A stretch of DNA of 64,000 nt from the human T2T-CHM13v2.0 reference genome, Homo sapiens, in assembly GCF_009914755.1 (NCBI RefSeq), contig NC_060939.1, one strand, 5' to 3'. Numbering within the stretch: position 1 is the first letter of the stretch; each line of letters starts with the position of its first letter. The notes below the pieces were generated by a model that saw only the letters and a list, made by a program, of their open reading frames with translations, was not told the DNA's origin and did no database searches. The translations under genes and the position numbers were made by a program. This document shows positions 56,695 through 64,000 of this stretch, piece after piece.

Positions 56695-56900
56695 CTAGTG
56701 TAGTGGCTAACTGCATAAATGCTGATTCTTGGCCTTTCTGAGTTCAAATACTGGCTCCATTTCTTACGAGCTTTGTGATCTTGTCATGTTTCTTGACTTA
56801 TCTATGTCTTGGATTTCTCATCTATAAAACAGAGATAATAAACATTCCTGTTGTGAGAATTAAATAATATATTTATAATGCATAGAACAGTGCCTGGCAC
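56695..56900 (+). mobile_element. MIR
   Basis: 'gtgtagtggcta..gagttcaaatactggctcc..tgtgatcttg..tttctcatctataaaacagagataata..agaacagtgcctggcac'. Confidence 0.85.
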
Positions 56901-57714
56901 TATATTTCTGCTGGTTTTTTTTTGCGGGGGGAGACAGAACTGAAACTCAGTATTTTTTTTTCAAACAGAGCCCCATTAGCAGGTTTGATACCATTTTCCT
57001 CCTCTTCAGCTCCATTTGGTATGTCCAGTTTTATTCTGGACACCTCTTGAGCTGAGAGAATCACCTCATCATGGGAATCTGGTAATGCTTCCACACCCAT
57101 ACAGCTAGCACCAGGCTAAATCTTAACTTCAGGGCTACAGTCTCCTTCAAACAGATGAGTGAGGAAGCATTTGCTAAATTCTGGTGTACCTGTGTGTTTG
57201 TGTGTGTGTGTGATAATAAAAGCAGAATTTCAAAACCCTACACTGTGCCCAAACTGGGACCTTTGTCCTGCTTACTCAGATAAACTCCAGAAGCATATGG
57301 AGTGGCTTTTGGAAGAACACATGTCTCAATTCTATTTTGGTTTCCCCTTAATAAAGACAGCTTGGTCTAGTGGCTTAATTATCAAACCCTCTAGTCCATT
57401 CTGCCATTGCCTCCTGTTGTCAGCCCCTTCTTGGAATCTATGATCACCACTCCCCATATTCTCTATAACCTAATAAATAATCCAGGCTCCCTGCCATGAC
57501 ATTGAAGGCTTCCAAAATATTGCCCCCGAATTATGGTATCCTTGTATCTCCATACAGCTACTTTCTATCCCAAAACATTGTGGCTGCTTTCATATCTCTA
57601 CACCTTCACTCATCCTGTTTACTTGGCAGTGTCCTCTTCCAGTCATTTAAAATAAAAAGATGAAAATAGCTGCTGAAATGCTGTTTATTATTTCAGGCCT
57701 ATCTGTCGCTAGTC

Positions 57715-57886
57715 CAGTGGTTCTCAAAGTATTGCCCCTGAACTAGGAACATCAACATCACCTAGGAACTAGTGAGGAATGCAAATGTTCAGGCCATATC
57801 CAAACTGAGTAACACTTTGGAGGTGGAGCTCTGCCATATGTACTCTCCAGGTGATTCCAATGCGTGCCAACATTTGACAACCACTG
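57715..57886. mobile_element. MER5A-like hAT-Charlie MITE
   Basis: TIRs CAGTGGTTCTCAAA ... TTTGACAACCACTG; internal 'catcacctaggaact..aatgcaaat..caggtgattc'. Confidence 0.85.
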
Positions 57887-58042
57887 CCTTAGCCCATCAT
57901 TTAAAATGTATTGCTCTCCTCTTTGGATACAAAATATTTCATTCTTTTATTTGTCATGGCCCTTCCACCTTAGTGATTATTATAAACATCTCTCTCTTTC
58001 CTTCTCCTTCATAAATGCTTTTAAGACTGAGATTCTGTAGTC

Positions 58043-58382
58043 CAAGAGTCTCCAACCCCTGGGCCATGGACCCATACCAGTCCGTGGCCTACTAGGAACC
58101 AGGCCACACAGCAGGAGGTGAGTGGCAGGCAAGCAGGCATTACCACCTGAGCTCCGGCTTCTGTCAATCAGCTGTGTCATTAGATTCTCATAGGAGCAAG
58201 AATCCTATTGTGAACTCTGCATGCAAGGGAGATAGGTTGCACCCTCCTTATGAGAATCTAATGCCTGATGATCTGAGGTGGAATAGTTTCATCCTGAAAC
58301 CATCTGCCCCTGCCCCCCAGTTTATGGAAAAATTGTCTTCTATGGAACTAGTACCTGGTGCCAAAAACACTGGGGACCACTG
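58043..58382. mobile_element. MER1B-like hAT-Charlie MITE
   Basis: 'caagagtctccaaccc..cattagattctcataggag..ctccttatgagaatctaatg..ggggaccactg'; 8-bp TSD CTGTAGTC/CTGTAATC. Confidence 0.92.
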
Positions 58383-59319
58383 CTGTAATCTACTGTTGTC
58401 TCTCCCAACCTGGCCCATAGTAGACTCTCAAAAGTCTGTGAAATTAATCTTGTTCAATATATATTTGTGGATCACCAAATATGTGCCAGCCCCCAGTCCT
58501 TGCAGAGATAAAGGAGAAATGTATCATGGGATCTTGGTCTGAAGGAGTTTTCAATTCAGTTGGAATGTCAAGACTTGCATATATAAGATAATTACCAAAC
58601 AACATAAGACGGCCAGAATGCACAGGTGCAGTGTGAGGTGCAGCAGTAAGTGCCACAGGAAATCAGGAAGAGCAGAGACTGTGGGTGAGCTTCCTGGGGC
58701 TCCTTGTGGAGAAGTGGGGCTTGAGCTAAGCATGGAGGGCAGGGAGTGTCAGTGGGCCTGGAAGAATGATGATGCTTTTCCTTGAACGGGAGCAGGGAGA
58801 CTCATCTGTGGACCTCACATCTCCTTCAACACCACCTTCCATATGGCACTTGGTTCTTAAAGGGATGAATAAGTTCCATAAATACTTTATTTTTATGACT
58901 TAGATTAATGTGATATTAATACCTTGCTAGAATTAACCAAGTACATTATAACCTAATTTATGAGATGAAAATCTGGGTGTATAATAGGTATTCACAAGTG
59001 CCACCTTCTGAATGAATGCCAACATGTAAAGCTTCAAATTTCCTTCAGTTTTCAGTGGTGCCCATGAAACCACCTTTTCAATTACACATGCTGTTGTTGG
59101 AGCTCCTGCTTTGCAATTAAGTGTTCATCTTTTTTCAGAGCAGCTTTGGGGAGAATTGTGAAGGAGGTGGAGTTGGTTTGGGGCAATTCCTCATACTTGT
59201 TGGGAATTCCTTCAGCATCAGTTTAATCTGTGTCCTTGTTCTGTTTGAAGATCACCACCTTGGCACTTCATGCAGAAAAAGCTTCAACTTTCCAGATTTA
59301 TAGTTTGCAATTTTAACAG

Positions 59320-59475
59320 TGGCAAGTGCTCACAAATCATCTAACCTAATTCCTTCATCTTTACAGTTGAAAGGGCAGACACCTAGAGATGTAGCATGAC
59401 TTGACCGGGATTGGACAGTTGGCCAGCAGTATAACCTCTATTGGATCCCACATCTCCTGCTTCTCAGATCAGTTT
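59320..59475 (-). mobile_element. MIR (MIR3/MIRc-like)
   Basis: 'aatcatctaacctaattccttcatctttacagttga..gacacctagaga..tgacttg'. Confidence 0.6.
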
Positions 59476-60994
59476 TCACTACCCCCCTCCTGCCACATGT
59501 GTTAGGTTGCTCCTATATCTTGACACTATTGTCTCTCCCTTCCCTCCTCCATAGAGTTGGCCTGTAATATATCCCTTCAGAAACTTACATGTGACTCATT
59601 AAGACAATAATGGTGATTTGTGTTAAAATGAATACCTAATAGGTTTCCAAGATAACAGTTTTTTTGGAGGGGTAGAGAGGAAATCAAGGGAGCTGAGTAG
59701 GATTCCAATTAATCCTAAAATTTGACTTTAATGGTGAGGAGTCTAGGATCTCTGGCAGATGGGAGGAGGAGATCATTGAAAGCAAGAAGGGCTTTTGGCA
59801 CCCCTCAGGCCACACATGTGCTGTGTGAGCCATTGCAGTCTGAAATGTGCACTGCATCGTTTAGGATTTTGCCACCTCTCCTGGGAAAGCAGCTTGCCTG
59901 ACCTCGGTGAGAAAAAGTTTTAGTCTTAATGACTGTTACATTATTTAAATACCAAGTGTTTGAGGTTAGGCATATTGCCTCACTTTTTTCCTTTGAATCT
60001 GACCCTGATTTTAGGTTGTAATTAAAGTTTATTGAACTTTTAGTCAACATCCGCACACGTAAATGCTGATACCAATACATAAGCTGACAACCACTTCACT
60101 AGCTACAAGCGCAGTGCTTTAGATGTGCTGTTAGGTTATCAAGCAGTGGTTAGCATCAGGTTTTGCACAGCACAACTCTAGAGGGTGCTATTTATGTTGT
60201 GATTTGCTGCACCTTTCCCACATTGCATATGGCACCCTCTTCAATTGAGCAGTTGTGATCTGCAGAGCAGTAAGCAGTGGCTCAGATTAATATTCTTTAT
60301 TTCTCCTGCATGTGTGATCATGATAGAGAAAATGACCATGCATCATGCGCAATATCCACACAGTTAAACCATCAACAACAGGAGGATCCAGGAGGCAATG
60401 AGTGTAAAGGGTCAGATGCCCAATATCTGTGTAGTCCTGACAGGTGGGCAGAGCACAGAAATGTAGCATCATCATGCAGACAGACATGTAGACAGGCAGC
60501 ATCAGGAGACAATGGCAATTCAGGGTTTGGGGAAAGGATTCCCATTTTGCAGGCAGATGCTTTAGGTATGAGGAAGAATGGCTGAGACTATTCTTAAAAG
60601 GCCTAGAATCCTGGACAGGTTACCAAATTGGGGACCTGGATACAAAGGACCAAGACAAAGACTGTGAAGCCACCACTGGGGCACAAAGTGGGAAGCTGAT
60701 CTCAGAAACAAGACAGAAGCTCACTTGTAGAACTGGATCATACAGTCTGACAGAATTGGTGACTATGGTGATTTGCCTCTGAGTCAACTAAGTGTTGAAG
60801 CACATCTCTTTAAGTCCTTGTGATTAAAGACAGGATTGGTCCTAGATCCTGGGGCAGGGATTAGTCTATAGATGGGAGAAATGTGTTCCATGCAGTGGGG
60901 AGAGGTGGCCATGAGAGCACAAACCAAGGCAGGCCTTAACAGATACCTTTTGCACTGTCACTTCCCAGTGATGCATAAAACACTGTCATTACCC

Positions 60995-61008
60995 CCAGGA
61001 GGTGGCAC
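60995..61008 (+). promoter_or_regulatory. Candidate CTCF site
   Basis: CCAGGAGGTGGCAC, 13/14 match to CCASYAGRKGGCRS. Confidence 0.4.
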
Positions 61009-62254
61009 GTTCTCAAATTTCAATAGCTTCTGAAAAGGTATAGGTAAATTCATGGATGAAAGACCCAGAGTGAACTATTAATGGAAATGGGGAAATTATG
61101 GGGCACACATTTAACCTTTGGGTGGATATTGGGGAATAACAGTCTTCTCCCTTGAAAAAAAAGTGGCCCCCATCATCTGAGAGGGAACACAGGCAGATTG
61201 ATTTGTATCTGTGATACATATGTATCATGTATCTATAAATTATATTATAATATTAATATTTATGCTACTAGTAGCCCACTTCTATGTATACATCAAAATG
61301 TATATTCACATATATATACTCTGGCTGATTTGTCATGCAATCTTACAGTACTAATCTCTATTCCACTACATTTTCCTTGAGGAGAATACCTAACCATCTC
61401 TAGTCCTAAATAAGCAGGGAGCCAACAGCTTTGCCCTTCCTTGGTCTTGGGAACTGCAGCTGGCCTTAGGCATGGGTAGAATGGAGCCATGTATTCCAGG
61501 AAAACAGACCAGTCGAAAGCAATCTAAACTCCTATTAACAGGGTAGCAGTTACAGAAAAGAAGGGTACCAAAGGGATAAATCTGCAACAGAAGCTTGGCC
61601 AGATGGAATGAGCAGGTTTGAGAAGTTGATCCAAGATAGATTCCCAAGGGCAATAGATGATGACGATAATGTGCGTGTGTCTGTGGTTTGTTTTTCTTGA
61701 AGCATATCAAGCGAAGCTCAGCAGTTCAGGATACCGAACCAGTCATATGGGTGAGATTCATAGGTGATTCTTCTCTATAACTTTTAAATTGTTTAGGCAA
61801 GTACTTACACATTGTAATGCAGATTGTTGAATGCATTAATAAATGTTTGTTCTGCCACCTCAAATGGATGTTTGCGCTGGACCTGTTTCAACAAATCATA
61901 TAGGGACTCCAAGTCGTTGACCATTCGCAGGATAATCCTTGAAGAGGGATGCAGCTCCGCCATAGAAACTGAGATTCTAGAGGGTGGAAAACTGTACCTT
62001 TACACCCACTCTGCATTGGTTCACAAGTCATTGCTAAACGGACAGTGTGGTCTCATTACTTGCATGAGTGAGATGTGGTATGGGAGACTTGGAGGAGAAC
62101 CCAAACACTCAGTCCAGAGGAACTGCTTCCAGCAAAATTTGAGAAAGAATTCCCTTTCAAGTCTTCCTCTATGTTTTTTCCTGGGGGCAAGAGACTCTCT
62201 TAGAACACCAGGAAATGAACCAGTTGGAGTGCCACAGGGCCACGATTGGTCTAT

Positions 62255-63478
62255 TCTTTTCTATGTGCATTCACTCCCTGGGTGATCTCATCCAGTTTCA
62301 TGGTTTCAAATATCTTATGTCAACCACTCCCACATTCATATCTCCAGTTCAGCTCTCTCTTCCAAGTTCCAAATTTTGCCTCCTTAACATCACCAGAGGT
62401 ATTATGGACAAATGAAAACTCCTAACCTACCTCCCAAACCATGTCTCACTTGCAGCATTCCCCATTTCAGTTGATTACCACTCCTTTTTTCAGCGGCTTT
62501 AGTCAAATACTTTAGCATAATTTTGATTCTTCTCCTTCTATGACACACAACTTCTGACTCATCAGAAAACTATGAAAGCTATATCTTGAAAACATGTCCA
62601 TAGTCTAACTGCTTCTACTAATACTTTCTTGACCCAAGTCCTCCTGCTTTCTTGCCTTTATTACAGTAGTCTCCTCACTGGTCTACCAATTTATCTTCCC
62701 TGGCCACAGTCTATTCTCAACACTTGAAAAAGCTTTCAGTGGATCCTCACTGCGTTCAGAGTAAAAGTCCTTTACAATGGTCAGAAATCCTCCTGCTCAA
62801 AATATGTTCCATGGAGCAGCAGCACCAGAGGCACTAGATTAGAGATACAGAAGCTCAGCCTCAGACCAAGTGGATATGACTCTTCCTTTTCACATGATCT
62901 CAGTTAATTTATATATACTTGAAAGTTGAAGGTCACTGTTCTGTAAGCCCCACATGATCTGTGTACCTATTATTATTTGATCTCATTTCCTACCCCCATT
63001 CTTTCCCTTGCATTCGCCTGGCAGCGTTCACATTGGCCTCCCAAACTTTCTCAAATATGATTGGCATGCTCTTGACTTACGGCTTTTTCATTGGCTGTTC
63101 CTTCTGCCTAAATGACCATCCTCCAACCATCAATATCACTAACTCCCTCACCTCCTTCAAGCCTTTGTTCAAATATCACCTTCTCAAAGAGGCCTATTAA
63201 TAAGCCAGAGTACCCAATTCCGCTTGTTAACTACCTCTTGCTCCACGTACCTAATCTCCATATCTGTCTTCTGTTACTTTTTTCCTTAGCTTTTATCACC
63301 TACTGATGTATTATATATTTTAGTTATTATGCCTGTTTTTATCATCTGTTTCCCACTGCCCCCTTCCATGAAAGTCAACTCCACCAGGACATTCAGTGTT
63401 ATATGTGAAGTGCCTAAAATCACCTTTGACACATAGTAGGCTCTCAACAAATACTTGAATAAATTGATGAATGCAATA
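62255..63478 (+). mobile_element. L2 3' region with a nested MER5-like insert (about 62790-62940)
   Basis: 'cactccctgggtgatctcatccagtttcatgg', 'tctattctcaacac', and canonical tail 'acatagtaggctctcaacaaatacttgaataaattgatgaatg'. Confidence 0.8.
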
Positions 63479-64000
63479 GAGATATTCTGTCACCTGATGC
63501 TTTGAGAAGAGTGGATATAAACTTTTGTAGCAAGCCTTCTGAAACAGTAGGATTTTTTTTCCCTCCCAGAGGAAGTACAAAGTTCTGAAAGAAGTAGGAA
63601 GGACCCTCTCCTGGAGGCAGCCTTCAGCAAAGGCAGAGTTTGTGGAGAGCATTTCCTTTCCCCTTGGAGAATATTTGAGGAACAATGTTAGCATCTTCTT
63701 AAAATATGATCTGGCATTTGGAGCATATGTCTCCAGCTAGTAAAAGGCATGAGCTCTGCATGGTTCAACTTTTCAATGAGGCTGCCTTACGACATTTTAA
63801 TATATTTTGACTCTGTGGGCCAGATGTGGAGCAGAACCAACAAATAGGGCAATTACCTTTCAAAAAATACCCTTTTCTCACTATGCAGTCATTCTCCCAA
63901 TGCTTTTTCACAGCCAAAGCTATAATTTGGGTGGGTCTGAAAAGGATGACAGAGGTAGTTACTTTTGGAAACCAGAGAGCCACACTTCAAATTATGGTTG

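Noticed and set aside
58177-58263. Long inverted repeat (cattagattctcataggag ... ctccttatgagaatctaatg) resembling a pre-miRNA
   Set aside because: It is the intrinsic internal palindrome of MER1-type MITEs.

Overview
This is primate (probably human) non-coding genomic DNA. It is AT-rich, CpG-depleted and has no CpG island. It is densely populated by fossil mammalian repeats: 4 Alus, L1M, L2, MIR, MaLR solo LTRs (THE1/MST/MLT1), hAT MITEs (MER1B, MER5A, MER113) and microsatellites. I found no supportable protein-coding gene, tRNA, rRNA, CRISPR array or prokaryote-type system. The ORF-track entries are short, often start at non-ATG codons and many overlap repeats. The best non-repeat signals are one clean 72-nt + strand exon candidate (18448-18519, host gene not identified) and several motif-dense candidate enhancers (about 16.5-17.3 kb, 34.2-34.3 kb, 42.8 kb and 51.7-53.1 kb). 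There is also a close inverted Alu pair and a few local duplications and palindromes. The window looks like an intron of a large gene or lncRNA, or a gene-desert regulatory region. I see no evidence of a new biological system. Repeat subfamily names are recalled from consensus sequences by eye, and boundaries of old repeats are approximate.
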